Source: Carcharhinus longimanus (Eukaryota). Taken from it: DNA of 64,000 nt. The stretch lies in assembly GCA_030264375.1 (NCBI GenBank), contig JASCQW010000098.1, forward strand, positions 40,416,320 to 40,480,319. Direction: 5' to 3'. Below are positions 26,640 through 40,479 of the stretch, piece after piece; positions within the stretch are counted from its first letter, which is position 1, and every line of letters begins with the position of its first letter. The notes below the pieces were generated by a model, which saw only the letters and a list, made by a program, of their open reading frames with translations, was not told where the DNA came from and did not search any database. The position numbers and the translations under genes were made by a program.

Positions 26640-27000
26640 CATTACATTTATATAGTGCCTTCTACAACATAAGGCTGTCTCAAAGCCCATTTGGTCAAGT
26701 GTAGTCACTTGTACAATGTAGGAAACTCTGCAGCCAAGTGCAGCAAGTTGTCAGAGGCAGCAGCCTTATAATGACTACATGATGGGCCTGAACTTCAGTG
26801 AAGTGGGGAAGAAGTTCCCTCCCCTTCAAACACTACAATAGGATCTTTATCATTTAAGAGAGCATACACTGCCTTAGGAGGCCCTCAGACTTGCTCAGTA
26901 AAGTGCTAAAGTGGCAGCCTAAATTAAGCATTTAAGTTTTGGAGTCACAGCTTTCTGACGCAGAAGCAAGAATGATACCAACTGAGCCACAGTTGACACC
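26640..27000 (-). mobile_element. Deu-domain SINE
   Basis: catttatatagtgcct tail; gtgtagtcact..aatgtaggaaac..gcagccaa core. Confidence 0.65.
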
Positions 27001-28311
27001 ACTTCAATCTCCCAGTGCATTTTTGCATAATTGCCATTCAAACTGCATGTTTCAACTTTTGAAGGGCTTGCCATTTCTGACTTTTCTACTAGATTTCAGT
27101 TAGATGTTGTTCTGAGTTAGAAAGAGGCTGCTGTCAGTTGATGTTTTCAATTTCTTCAATGAATTCAGCTTCAACTCAGGAGTATTTATAATCATTGCCG
27201 TTAGCTTTATACATCTGAGTGAGTAAGAGCTACTCAAAATTTTAGTAATGTACACATCCTTTGCTTCCATTTTAAGTGTGTATTGCAAATATAACAACAT
27301 TCTTTGTAGTTAATTGGTTACACATAGGAAGCAGCAGGGCATTTCAGCCTCTCAAACATGTTCCACCAATCAGTTAGATCAATGCCAATCTGTATTTCAA
27401 GCCAATTAACCTGCCTTGATTCCATATTCCTTGAAATCCATGCCCAACAAAAATCTATCAATCTAATTTTTAGGATGTCTTGAGGTAATAAAAAGCATCA
27501 TATAAATACAAGTTCTTTCTTTTTTGTTTCCTTATTCTCTTCCAACACTGCAACGCAATTATTTAGCAAGTCTGGAATTTCCATATCTTCAATTACAGTA
27601 TCATCTGCATCTGTCTTCAAGGAACCTAAAATGTGCTTAACCACCCTCTTTCAAATGTTTAGTGTTGTTGTTGATAACCTTCACAAGCTTTTTGTTCATA
27701 CTTCCTTTCTGCATTTCTTATTACCTACTTATAGTCATTTGCTGATCTTTATATCTCACCAAGCACATGGGTTGCCACTATTATTTGCATTTATTTTTAT
27801 ACTACCGTCTTTTATTGGCCAAGGTTGTTTAATTGTTCTAGTAGAGCTCTTGCACTTAATAACTCTCTGCAAGAGTTTATGATATGCCTCTGTCATAGAT
27901 GTTATTCAACTGCTCAAATGTAACAGAAGGCATTTCTTTCTCAAAGTGTGTATTTCTGTTGCAGTGCAGTATAGACCTCAATTTCTCAAGTTAAAATGAC
28001 CTGATTCACTTGTATCACATTGTAATACACTCTCCATATCTCAGTACGTAAGAACCGAATGTTCTGTTCTTAGGTTTTTGACTTCAATTATAGCTTGGTC
28101 TTGTTTTGCTAAGTGGTGTCATTGAACACTTTTGTCTGCTTTACATAGAAGTAGTTGGTAGCATGCTAGACTCTTGTATCAAAAATTGTGGGTTCAACCT
28201 CTACTTCAAAGACTTGAACACAAAATCAAAGCTGATACCTCAGTACAGGACAGAGGGAATGTTGCCCTTCTGGGTATTCTGTCTTTCGAATGAAATAATT
28301 AACATCTTGCG

Positions 28312-28420
28312 GTTCTGATGAAAGGTCATTGACTTGAAATGTACCTGAAATGTCAACTGCTTCTCTCTCCATGAATGCTGCCTGATCTATTGAGTGTTTA
28401 CATCATTTTCTGTTATTTCA
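28312..28420 (+). mobile_element. Penelope-like second-family tail with hammerhead-like motif
   Basis: GTT-CTGATGA-a-AGGTC att GACTT-GAAA-TGT..(duplicated)..GAAATGTC-AAC, followed by the family tail. Confidence 0.6.
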
Positions 28421-30511
28421 CAATTTTCATAGGCTCATGATGCATCAGTTGTCTTGTTTTTAACAATTTTTCTGTTACAATTTTCTAGTTATCACAACCT
28501 TCAGCAAATTGCTTTCAGACATCCTTTCCTATAACTCAAAACATAAAATTATACGCTATTCCATCCCCACTCTGTCTATAATTGAAACAGCCAGGACGTG
28601 AGGTTATTTGGACAGCTGTTTCAAAGCAGTAGCCTGGGCACAATGAACCAAATGACCTCTTTCTGTTCTACCTAACTTTATGGCCAGAAGTTTATGCTTC
28701 ACCACATCTCTCACTACGCCCCACCTCTGCCACCCACCCTGCCCCCACCCTCCTCCCAGTGGGTTCTGTGGTGGGGAGGTGTAGGGGTGTGGAGTGGTGC
28801 AAAGCGTGAAACAGCATGGACAGGGTTCCCTCTGGGTCCCCGCCAACCCTGAGTTGGGAAGCCTGCCCTTGTCCCACTTACAGCCCTTAAGTAGTCACCT
28901 AATACCTACTTAAGGGCCTTTTCTCACTCAAGCTATGTGCCAAAGAATGCTTATTAGAGCATGATATGGCATCATGGCCACTGGAGTTGAGGCTGCTGCA
29001 GGAGTCGCATCATGAAAATTCAGGCCAATGATTCTAAGGACCATTATAACTGAGGTTCATGTTTCTGCATATAGGGATCACCTGGATTTCCTATAGCATT
29101 TGCATCATATTTAAGTGGATGTAAACAACACAGAGCTGTACTATTTTTTGAAACTTGACATCTAGATATTGTTGACCTCACCACAGCTGGTGTAGGGTGC
29201 ACTGATTCCATAAAATAACATGNNNNNNNNNNNNNNNNNNNNNNNNNNNNNNNNNNNNNNNNNNNNNNNNNNNNNNNNNNNNNNNNNNNNNNNNNNNNNN
29301 NNNNNNNNNNNNNNNNNNNNNNNNNNNNNNNNNNNNNNNNNNNNNNNNNNNNNNNNNNNNNNNNNNNNNNNNNNNNNNNNNNNNNNNNNNNNNNNNNNNN
29401 NNNNNNNNNNNNNNNNNNNNNNNNNNNNNNNNNNNNNNNNNNNNNNNNNNNNNNNNNNNNNNNNNNNNNNNNNNNNNNNNNNNNNNNNNNNNNNNNNNNN
29501 NNNNNNNNNNNNNNNNNNNNNNNNNNNNNNNNNNNNNNNNNNNNNNNNNNNNNNNNNNNNNNNNNNNNNNNNNNNNNNNNNCCTTGTGAAATGGCACCTG
29601 AGCGTTCTAAAGCTGGGCTCACCAATATGTTTAGGTCCCGCCCCACCCAGCACTGGCGCACAACTCATCACTCTCCCAAAAAGTGACCGAATGTGGGACA
29701 ATTGGAGTGTGCCTGATGGACCAGCATAGAGCACTTCAGTTTTCTTGCCATTATGACACTGGGAAAATTCCATCCTTTCTTTTACAATTAAAATAAAATT
29801 AGTTTCTAAACTGTTTTCTTTTAGCCCAGTCTGAAGGCTAAAAAACTCAATTGGTTCATTAACATGCTCTAGGGAACAAACTTTGCCACCCCTATTCACA
29901 CTTGGGTTATACATGAGCCATGCTCCACACCAATGAAATTAATATATGCCCCTGAAATGAAGTAGCAAGTGACTCAGTTGTACAAAACTCAGGGAAAACC
30001 AAGGATAGGAAATAACTGATGGACTAGCCAGATACACTCACATGTCGGGATTAAATTATAGAAAAAATGCTCTTAGGATACTTTTTCTCATAAAATTGCT
30101 ATTTAATTCACTTCCACTCAATTTGGACTTCTTCTCACTGAATTTCATCTCAGTTAGTTTATCTTTGACAATCCATTTTTGCTTAATTGTATGGACAGTT
30201 CATTCATTGCTTAGCTGCTTCATCTAAAACTATGTGGCATACTTCAGTTCAATAGCCTGCCAAGTGTATGCAAGATTCTTCAGCAGTGATATAGTGATCA
30301 ATCAGTTCCCCTACTCTGTTCATTTCTTCAGACTGAAAACATAATTCTCATGCATAAGATATTTTCTTGTCTGGCAAAGCCTCTCAAATTTCTCAATAAC
30401 TTTCAATAATTGACTTCATCAGTTATTCCATCTCATGTTAACAATCTACAGATTATTTGATAAGTAAGGTAAATCGTGACCTATTCCCTGCAATACCTGC
30501 AACTGACTCAT

Positions 30512-31780
30512 GGGTGGAATTTTCTACTTACGAGACTAAGTGAGAACGTGGCCAGTTCTAGTGGCCCCCTTCCCATTGGTTGAAATGGCTGCTGGCACCC
30601 AATTCCGCACTTGGAAGCTCAATAATTATGCTCAGGCAAATATGATGGGTTGGAAGCTGATTCATCGCTGACAGGTTCAAAGCTCAGGTCACCGTATTAA
30701 ACATATATGCCACGCTTATTTCAACCCACCTGTCTTCTGGACACTTGCATAGATGTCTTTTAGCCACAATAATAAAGCCGAAAGCTTCAAGAAGGAGGCA
30801 GCACTCCACTCCACCCACAAGTCCCTTGAGGCCTTCATCAGTGGAGTGTGGGTGCACAGGTACATCCTGTATCTTAGGGATGGCTTGAGGAAGCACACAA
30901 ACCTCACGTCTTTGGCCTGGGAGGCCATCGCACACCAATGAGGCTAATAACCGCTGGCAATTATGCCCAAAGAATCATCCAGTGCAGGAAGATGCTGAAT
31001 ATCTCATCCGCTCTGCTAGGGTAAGCTATCATTCAATTCCTTTCAATATCAAACTTTCATCAAGGCATTGTGTTCTCAAATCATTACTCTCTTCTTGGAT
31101 CTCACACATCCATTAGCAGGGGACACATTTCAACACTCACCCTCTGACGTCACTACCATCCCATCTATCGTGTTATTAATAGTTAAACCTCTGGCCCTTT
31201 TGGGGAGGACTATTCACTAATCACTACACTGGACAGGAATTTAACCCAATTTCTACTCCATCCCCTCTAATCACATGGCTTTCTTTTGTTTGCATATAGG
31301 CCAAGCTGGCAACAACAGGCAACAAAGGCTGCAGACTGGGGGAGTGATGACTGACATCATTACCCTCAGAGTTCAAGGAGGCTGCAGCTGAGCTGGCATT
31401 TGAGGACAGGGATTGCTCTTGTGGTGAAGAGGAGATTGGCCTCTCTCGACAATTAAGTACAGATCACAACTCCATCATTTCAGAAAATCCTAACAATCAC
31501 AGAGAGTCACATGCAGTTTTATATTGCTCATGCTCATCAGCCAAGCAGCAGTTTCAGCCTTCAGTCCACACTTAAGGGGGAGGCTGAGGAAGAACCATCA
31601 TAGTGCTCACCCGCACCCTCCACCAGTGCAGAGGAGAACTCAGTGGGGCACAGCTCTTGATTAAACTCAGTCTCACTTTCTGGAGAGCATCTCACTAACA
31701 AGTTAAGGACAGCCCAAATCTCTGGCACGCTGAAGGCTGCTAAAGATTAGGCACCTGCTCAGTCTGAGTCAGATGAGCTT
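30512..31780 (+). mobile_element. Harbinger-type transposon relic carrying a spliced Myb/SANT-like pseudogene
   Basis: Terminus gggtggaattttct..gagactaagtg. Decayed peptides SLEAFISGV..LAWEAIA..QCRKMLN.LIRSAR|gtaag; the next exon ..tatag|AKLA..RQQRLQTGG. Confidence 0.65.
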
Positions 31781-32394
31781 AACACACAGACTGAAAACAT
31801 TAACTGTTCCTCCCTCCATTGATGCTGCCATGCCTGCTGAGACTCCTCTTTCAGCATTTTCTGCTTTTATTTCAGATTTCCAGCATTTAGAGTATTTTGA
31901 TTTTTCTGCCTTCTTTTAAATCCCATACACATTCCATGCCTTCTCATCATCCCTCATAATGTCCATTCCATATAAATTCCATCTCCGTGTGACACAGCAA
32001 TCCATACCATACCAAATTCATTGGCACTGACTCCCTCTGTGACTAATTTGTACCTCTATAAACTGATATGATATAAATACACTATTGTCCATTCATAGCT
32101 CCTCAGAGTAGATACTCTGCTGCTTTTTGTGTCTTTCTTTCTAATTGTGACAAATCTCCAGTTCACAGCACATGTTAATATTTTATGAGGTAATGTTTAG
32201 TTCTGGAAAGATTAAAGTTTAACTGCCGAAAATAGAATAAGTGCAACTAAAGAGGCTTGAAGTCTATTACACTTAAAAGGTTAGGCCCATGTTGTTTTAA
32301 GGAGTAACAGCTAAAAAGGTAAGATCCTAAAATGCAGACTTTTAAATGGACCTACCTTGCATCAAGTTGATCTTTCTCTCCACTGGAGCTATAA

Positions 32395-32530
32395 CTGTAA
32401 AAGTATATTCTGCACTCTCTTGTTTCTTTCTCTATGAACAGTATGCTTTGTCTATATAGTGCGCAAGAAACAATACTTTTCACTTTATACTAATACATGT
32501 GACAATAATAAATCAAATCAAATCAAAAAA
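32395..32530 (+). mobile_element. LINE 3' tail ending in AATAAA and (ATCAA)n (Rex1/Babar-like)
   Basis: caatacttttcact..catgtgacaataataaatcaaatcaaatcaaa. The family call is from memory. Confidence 0.45.
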
Positions 32531-32559
32531 AACAAGTCGGCTTATTTAGCTGGAGACAT

Positions 32560-34300
32560 GGGGTGGGACTTTCCATTTTGGAAACGAAGTGCAGTGGCTC
32601 CAGATAGAGTGCAGCGAAGGCTTACCATTCTGATTCCTTGTATGACAAGACTGATGTACATGGAGAGACTGAGTTGGTTAGGATTATATTTGCCCGAATT
32701 CTGTAGAATGACNNNNNNNNNNNNNNNNNATGGTGGGGTTGTCCAGAACCAGGGGTCATAGTCTAAGGATATGGGCAAAGGACATCAAAGGACATGGAGG
32801 GGAGCCAGGATCAAACTATTGAGTTGAATGATCAGCCATGATCATAATGAATCATAGAGCAGGCTCGTAGGGCTGAATGGCTTATTGCTCCTACTTTCAA
32901 TTTTTCTACATGCTGATGGGTTTCATGCCGCATTTCCCGCTAAGTGGTGGGGTGGGCACTTGAGCCTCATTTCACACTCAGAAATTCAATTATTATGCAT
33001 CGGGAGCTGTTCTCCAAATCACGTTTCGTGTCAGGCACTGTTTTATCCACCCCACCGTCGCCTATTGAGGTTGAAGGTCTGAGCGTCATATTTAAATGTG
33101 ACCCAAACATACACATTACTCACAACAAGCCAGCTGTGTACAGAAAACTTCTTGATGTGGCTCCATCAAAGAAATAAGCTTCTCCCAGGTTCAGCAATAA
33201 CTTCTTCCAGGTTCGTAACAGTGAAGTCTTCTACTCATGAGATGGCTTCAGGCAATCCACCAGCCTCATCTCGCTAGCCCAGCAGGTGGTTGAAAGAAAC
33301 ACCAACCAGTGCAAGAAGAGGATGAATGATCTCATCCACGCCATCAGGGTCAGTCAACTTCAGTTCACTCCAATCTCACACTCTCATATTGGCACTCAAA
33401 GCATCTCACATAATATTAGCTGAATAGACACCAGCACTGATTGTTTCACGGGAACTTTAACATCACCAGCATCTCATCTGTCATGCTGCACAAACTCATC
33501 CTCAGGCCTTATTTAGGAGGGCATAGCACACACAGCAGGTATGCATGCTTCCCAACCAATCCTCCATTTCTTCTCAGCACATTCCATTGCATCTATCTTT
33601 ATGCAGGTCAAACTCACCCTCAACCACTGAGTGATATCCCAGATGGGAGGAGGGACTGTAGACGTCTCGGGTTAGTCGCAGTTTGAGGAGGATGCCGAGG
33701 AGCTGCCAGTTGAAGTCAAAGTTTGCTCCTCTGGGGAAGGTAAGATTAGCCTCTCCTAGCAAGCCAGTATGGATGAGACCTCCATGCATTGATCACATCC
33801 TTGCAATCACAGTGAGTGACATGCAATGTTGTATTCTGCCTGTTTATGAATTATATCTATCTTCTCGTCCTTACAGGCACCAGCAGCTCCAGACCTTTAA
33901 AAGCCCCAGCCCCCAGGCCACCTCATAGGAAGATGCTGAGGAGGCATCAGATGAAAAACCATCAATGTATTCATCTGCACATTCCACCAGCACAGAAGGC
34001 ACATACCCCAGGAGGTCTAGAGTAGGCTCGGGGTCACATTTTGGGCAACACCTCATAAACACGTCTCCACAGCATTTGAAAGCAATGACAACACAAGTTT
34101 CTGGCATTTGGAGGATTGTCTTGTAATGAGTAAAGGTTACAAGTGCATTTTGCAAACACTTCCAGTAAAGAGTGAAAAGGCTGTCTTCATTTCTAGGGTC
34201 AAAGCACAAGATCTGTAGCCATGATGGTCTCTCCAACCATGTGCGCATCTCAGTGTCCATTAATAGTTTCTCACTGAGGCGGTAATGACTGCATCAATCC
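32560..34300 (+). mobile_element. Second Harbinger Myb/SANT relic, interrupted by a CR1 3' fragment (~32600-32910)
   Basis: Terminus ggggtgggactttcc..gaaacgaagtg. TNQCKKRMNDLIHAIR|gtcag (33301-33348); acceptor at 33605-33606, then VKLTLNH*VISQMGGG. Confidence 0.65.
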
Positions 34301-34639
34301 CTTTGATGCAGTTTTTGTGTTGTTGTGCCAACTTCCATTTCCCAGGGAGTATGAATATAATGTTCACCAGTAACTTAGCCAAGGATTAGGCCCACGTCAA
34401 TCATGAGGATTGAAGGTGCATCAGCACTCCCTCCACCACACATAAATGTTTTACAGCTCGATATCCTCCCTGCCATAAACCATGCCCTACCTAACTGGAC
34501 TGGGCACTGGTGCCAATGCAGGCTGGCTTGCCTGCATCTGTGGCTAGGTTAAAGCATTGTAGCACAGAAAACACACATATGTTGTGTTACAGAACTGAGA
34601 TTGAAAATCAGGATAAAAAAAACTCTCCACTGCTTGAAG

Positions 34640-36030
34640 TCATAGCCAGAACGAAGCAAGATGATTGTGGTTATTGGAGGTCAATTGTTTCAGCCGCAAA
34701 ACATCACTGCAGGAGTTCCTCTGGATAATGTCTTCGATCCATCCATCTTTAGCTGTCTCATCACTGATGTTTCCTCCATCATAAGATCAGACTGATTGGG
34801 AAGTGTCAGTTCCATTTGCAGTTCCTTAAATAATGATGCAGTCCATGTCCACATGCAGCAGCACCTGAACAACATTCACCCTCGAGAAGTGGCAAATAAC
34901 ACTCATGTCAAACAAATACCCAGCAAAGACCATCTCTAACAGGAGAGAATCTAACCACGTTCTCTTGACATTCAAGGCATTACCATCCTGTTGCCGCACT
35001 ACCGGAAGGATGTGGAGGCCTTGGAGAGAGTGCAGAGGAGGTTTACCAGGATGCTGCCTGGTATGGAGGGTCTTAGCTATNNNNNNNNNNNNNNNNNNNN
35101 NNNNNNNNNNNNNNNNNNNNNNNNNNNNNNNNNNNNNNNNNNNNNNNNNNNNNNNNNNNNNNNNNNNNNNNNNNNNNNNNTTAGGCTGATTGGTGTCAAT
35201 AAATTGTCCCTGAATTGGATCTCCCTTAATCTGGCGTACATATAATTCCCTAAATTTCCACCCCCTTTATTGTGGAATTTCACTAGAGGTACACAAAACG
35301 TCAACGAGCGACAAAAGACTTGAATAAGGCACTCACTGAGTGTTAAAATGGGCGGCGTGGGCTTGTAGGGCTGAAGGGCCTGTTTCCTGTGCTGTGCTGT
35401 TCTTTGTTATCACTGAATTCCCCACCATCCACACCCTGGAGTCACCACAGATGAGAAATTTAACTGGGCCAGCCACATAAATGCAAGAAACACTGGGTAA
35501 AGGAAGATGTAAGCTGGGTATGTGATAGACTACTCTCCATTTGCCCAGATGAATCCCAACAACACTCAAGAACTTTAACACAATACAGGACAAAGTTATC
35601 ATCTTGACTGGTACCCTATCCACCACCTGAAACATTCACTTCTTCCACCAATGGTATAATGCGGCAATGTTATTTAGCATCTATAGTATGCACTGCAACA
35701 TCTCTCCAAGGTCCTCTCAGCAATGCCTTCTAAATCTGCAATCTCCACCAGTTCAAAGAATAAGCACAGAAGATGCAGGGAAATTTCATCACCTTCAATG
35801 TCCCCTCCAAATCACACACCGTTCTGACTTAGACATATTGTGCTGTTCTGTCATCGTCACTGAGTCAAAATCCTGGAACTTCCTCTATAGAAGCATTCTG
35901 GGAGCATGTTTATCACAATGACTGCAAGCATTTCAAGAATGCAGCTTACCACCACCTTTTTAGGGTCAATTGAGAGTGCATAGTGAATACTGGTCTTGTC
36001 AGCAATGCCCACATTCAATGACAGAATTTA
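34640..36030 (+). mobile_element. Old CR1-like LINE fragment with a younger CR1 3' piece nested at ~34990-35405
   Basis: Decayed AGVPxxxVLxPxIF RT motif at 34708-34760. The inner piece encodes PHYRKDVEALERVQRRFTRMLPGMEGLSY. Confidence 0.7.
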
Positions 36031-37274
36031 TTTAAAGATGGGTTTGAATTAATTCAGTATTTTTCACAAAGCATGTAACTGACAACTTCACAGATTCCTT
36101 CGGAGCATAATCACATCCCTGGTAGGTGTCTCTCAATTAATTACATCAATATCAGCCTGTACACCTCAGAAAAAAAAAACACTTCCCAATTTGACACAGT
36201 AGGACTCTCCCAGATAAACTAGTTATTTTGAATTATGTGCCTTCCATGAGAAACATAATATTCAGTTAGTACAAATATTACACAGGGATTAGATTATCCC
36301 ACACACCAGTTTTTAAACAAACCTTACCAGACTTGTACAGCAGATATTGCTATCTCTCAGATCTACCCAGCAGTCAAACTTTCTTGGCCTGTGTTGACCC
36401 CCTGGAATTGTATGTCTATTTCCTTTGCACCTTTATCCTTTGTATTATGTTTATCAATGGATCAACAGAGACACAAACAAAAAAAAATCAAGGGTCTGGA
36501 AAGGATGAAGCTGCCAGATAATGGAAGAGGAAAGGAAGAGGAATATGGGTGTAGGTATTTACAATTACCACAGTCAGGAGTGAGTGCCAGTTCAAGATAA
36601 CACAGCAAACATCTTTCATCTATTGAATTCCATTCTCTTTGGGAAATGGCTATTGGAGCATCTATAGCCAAAATAGCTTTGATGGATGAGATACATTGTT
36701 GCACGTATTTATGTCATTCCTTGACATTGAAGCATTTTGGACAGCAGTGCAGGAAGCAACAGCAAACCTGGCAGTCCTCACGATCCCCACATATTCAGAC
36801 TTCCTACTAAGTGTTGCCATTCCTCCACTCAGTGATATTTCTAATGTTGATGTCTTAATACTAACTGTTCGCGGAATATTCCATTAGAAGCCATTGAGTA
36901 GCCACAAGTGTTCTTAAACCAAGACAATTTTAATTGCATGCATTAAGCAGAGTAGAAAATACCCAAAATACAATGGATGTGTTTAGTTATCATTTACCAA
37001 AATCAGAAAAAGCTTGTATACTTTACTCTTCATCTTACCATTTTACCAACAAACACATACAAATATTAAAGTGCACTTGCATGTATGTTGGCTAATAAGC
37101 TCACAAACTCAATGATAGTTACTTTTTTTAATTTAATTGATCTAAAGTACAATTAACCATATCTGGATTCCAAAGTAGCCATTTGTGGTTACAGTGCACA
37201 CTGCTGTGTTAGTAAGCAACTTCATCCAAGGTTAAGCTTGTGCAGAAAGAAATCTTGCACAACGAAAAATGCCT

Positions 37275-37650
37275 TTGCATTTATATACATCACAACCTCA
37301 GAATCTCCCAAAGCAATTTAGAGCCCAAGAACTACCTTTGAATCATTGCCACTATTATAAGATAGGAAACACAGCAACCAATATGAGCACAAGATCCCAC
37401 AAAAAATAAGGAATGCTCACCAGAAAATTTAGCAACATTATTTAAATGATAAATAATGGCTGAAATACATGAAGATTCTATTCTTTGAATGGTGCCAAGG
37501 GATGTCTTAGATACCTGAAATGAAGTCCCAGTTTAAACTCCCACAGACAGCAGTGCAGCATTCAAATGTCAGCTGAGATTTTGGGCTTATGTCTCTGGAG
37601 TAGGGCTTGAATCTACGATGTTATGAAACAGTATAATAGTTGACACTGTA
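37275..37650 (-). mobile_element. Deu-domain SINE, decayed
   Basis: ttgcatttatata..cacaacctcag..tcccaaagc tail and gcacaagatcccacaaa core. Confidence 0.6.
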
Positions 37651-37739
37651 AAGATTACCATGGGCTTATTCGAGCCCCAGGTGCTCTCTGCAGGCTGTCC
37701 ACAGCCTATTTCATATTTGACCTCAAGATGAGTGACTGA

Positions 37740-38030
37740 TCACATGGCACCATTAAAACTGCCTATTTCCACCTCTGCAACTTCCATTGTTCAAATCCAC
37801 CTTTGCTCCAGTTTATCAGCTGCTGGAATCCTGATCCATATCTTTGTTACTTGTAACCTTGATTATTCCAATAGTCTCCCACATTCTATCCTACACACAC
37901 TTAAGGTCATCCAAAACTCTGTTGTCCATGTTTTTGCTTGCATCAAGAGCCATTCACCTATGACCCTTTTGCTTGCTGCTTTGGCTCCTAATTAAGCAAC
38001 ACTTTGATTTTACAATGCTCACTCTTGTTT
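37740..38030 (+). mobile_element. L2-type LINE RT C-terminal fragment
   Basis: LSAAGILIHIFVTCNLDYSNSL..LKVIQNS..SHSPMTLLL. Confidence 0.75.
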
Positions 38031-38204
38031 TATTTGTTGTAATAAATGTTTTTATTAAGGAGTTTTCATTTTACATTTTATCACAAGACTCAACAAATCC
38101 CCAAAATCAAGTACAATACAGAGTGAGCATTATTCCATATATACATACAGAAAAGATCAACAAATACTTATACAAATGGTTCAGAGTGTCAATCATTGTA
38201 ATTA

Positions 38205-39095
38205 TTCGAGTCACTGTGGACAGTGTAGATGATAGGATAAAATTACAAAGCAATCTTGATAGACTAGGTGAGTGGGCAAAACTGTTGCAGATGGATTTCA
38301 ATCTATGCAATTGTAAGGTTATTCATTTTGGATTGAAACTGTATAGATCAGAGTGTTCTCTAGATGGTCTGAAGTTAAATACAATAGATATCCAAAAGGC
38401 CTTAGGGGTTCAGGTGCATAGATCTTTAAAATGCCATGAACAGGTGTAGAAAATAATCAAGAAAGCTAACGGAATGCTGGCCTTTATCTCTAGAGAACTG
38501 GAATATAAGGCCACAGCGTTATACTGCTGCTGTACAAAACCCTGGTCATACTCTACTTGGAGTACTGTGAGCAGATCTGGGCAGCACATCTTAGGAAGTA
38601 TACATTGGCCTTGGAGGTAGTGCAGTGTAGTTTACAAGAATAATATGTTGACTTCAGGAGTTTAATTATGAGGAAAGATTATACAAATTAGATCTGTTAT
38701 TTTCGAGAATTTAGAAGGTTAAGGGGTGATCTGCTCAATGTCTTCAAGATACTAAAGGAAAAGACAGGGTAGATAAAGATATGTCATTTCCACTGGAGGT
38801 TCTAGGACCAGGAGGCATAATCTAAAAATTAGGGCAAGACCTTTCAGGAACGATGTTAGGAAGCAATTCTGCACACAAAGGATGGTAGAGGTCTGGAACT
38901 CTCTTTTCCAAACAGCAGTTGATGCTTGGTCAGTTGCTACCTTTAAATATGAGAATTTTTTTTGTTAAATAATGGCATTAATGGATATGTGCCAAAGGCA
39001 GGTATATGAAACTAGACCACAGATCAGCCATAATCTCATTAAAAGGTGGAACAACCTTGATGGGCTGAATGGCCTATTCTTGTTTCTATGTTCCT
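38205..39095 (+). mobile_element. CR1-type LINE 3' fragment
   Basis: KLQSNLDRLGEWAKLLQMDFNLCNCKVIHFG..LGVQVHRSLK; ends in gggctgaatggcct..ttctatgttcct. Confidence 0.88.
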
Positions 39096-39596
39096 AGTAG
39101 TGCCTTCTTTTGTACAGATTATGAAAGGATACCAGCGAGAGTGGAGATCTCAGGGTAACAGTATAAAGCCATGAGAACATAGCACCATTATGCACACCCT
39201 CGTCCACAGGATAACAAAGACACAGCTACACAATACAGGATTTCTTATGGAAAAAATACCACCAATTGGGACCTAACTCAGCATGCCAAGACTTCTGAGC
39301 AATGAAAGGATATCCCAAAAAAGGGGAAGATCAGGAAAGTGCCATTGTTATAAGGTATAGCGTGGCAGTGTATATGCTCGTATACTGGAGCCAGTTGGTC
39401 AAAGATTCTTACACCACACCAAGGAGTTCAGGTGCATAGATCTTTAAAATTACGGTTAGGGTTAGAAGCACAACAGGCTTCGGTCCTCTCCAGCCATGTC
39501 AGTGGCACTATTCAGGCCTCACCATCACCAGAGAACTTAAACTCTTTTCCACCATGGAAACCCGACCAACAAGGTGATTCATCCTCAGGGTAATAC

Positions 39597-39962
39597 GTGG
39601 GCACAGTGGTTAGCACTGCTGTCTCACAAGACATGGGACGAGGATTTAATTCTGGCCTTGGGTGACTGTCTGTGTGATGTTTGCATGTTCTCCCCATATC
39701 TGTGTGGGTTTCCTCTGGGTGCCCAGTTTCCTCCTACTGTCCAACAATGCGCAGGTTAAGTTGATTGGCCTTGCTAAATTGCCCCTTAGTGTCCCAAGTC
39801 AGTGGGGGGGGGGGGTGGAATTAGCGAGGTAAATACATGAGGGTCTGGGTGGGATGGTCTGTTGGAGAGTTGGTGCAAACTTGATGGGTCAAATGACCTG
39901 GAGGGTTGGTGCAGACTTGATGGGTCAAATGACCTGCTTTTACACTGTAGCGATTCTATGAA
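39597..39962 (+). mobile_element. HE1-like V-SINE, full length, with a ~35-bp internal tandem duplication
   Basis: gcacagtggttagcactgctg head, V-domain and tail gattctatga. ggtgca.acttgatgggtcaaatgacctg occurs twice (~39872 and ~39908). Confidence 0.88.
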
Positions 39963-40479
39963 TTTTTGAAAGCGCCAATCAGGAGACTCCTTCCTCAACC
40001 CATCTCACCGAATCAACCATAATGTTCAACATACAATGCAGCACTATTTCCAAGGACTGAAGGTGAATCCCAACAAGGAAACTGCCCCCTTGACTGACAG
40101 GGATGCTGTTCTCCACTTCATCTATTCTCTTTAGATGTCTCATAGTTCATCAATGTGAGCACCAACAGTCTGTGCCAGGGCGCTGAGACTGTCGTCCACA
40201 ACTTCACTCTCAATGGCAACTATCATCTTGATGCCAATGGCACTGCCGAAGCATTGTCCTCCTCACCAGCAAAACCGCCACTGCAAACTAGGCCCCACCT
40301 TGACTGCCTCCGATCACTTCAATTAAACGAGGATTCTCTTTATTTAACTTGGCTCTCCATCACCAAAGTTTAGCCACAATCTTCCAGGAACATGGCACAG
40401 GTTATACACATCAAGGTCAAATAATTATGGGTTGTGCATCAGGGTTAAAATAAGATGAATAACATCAGATCTCATGAAA

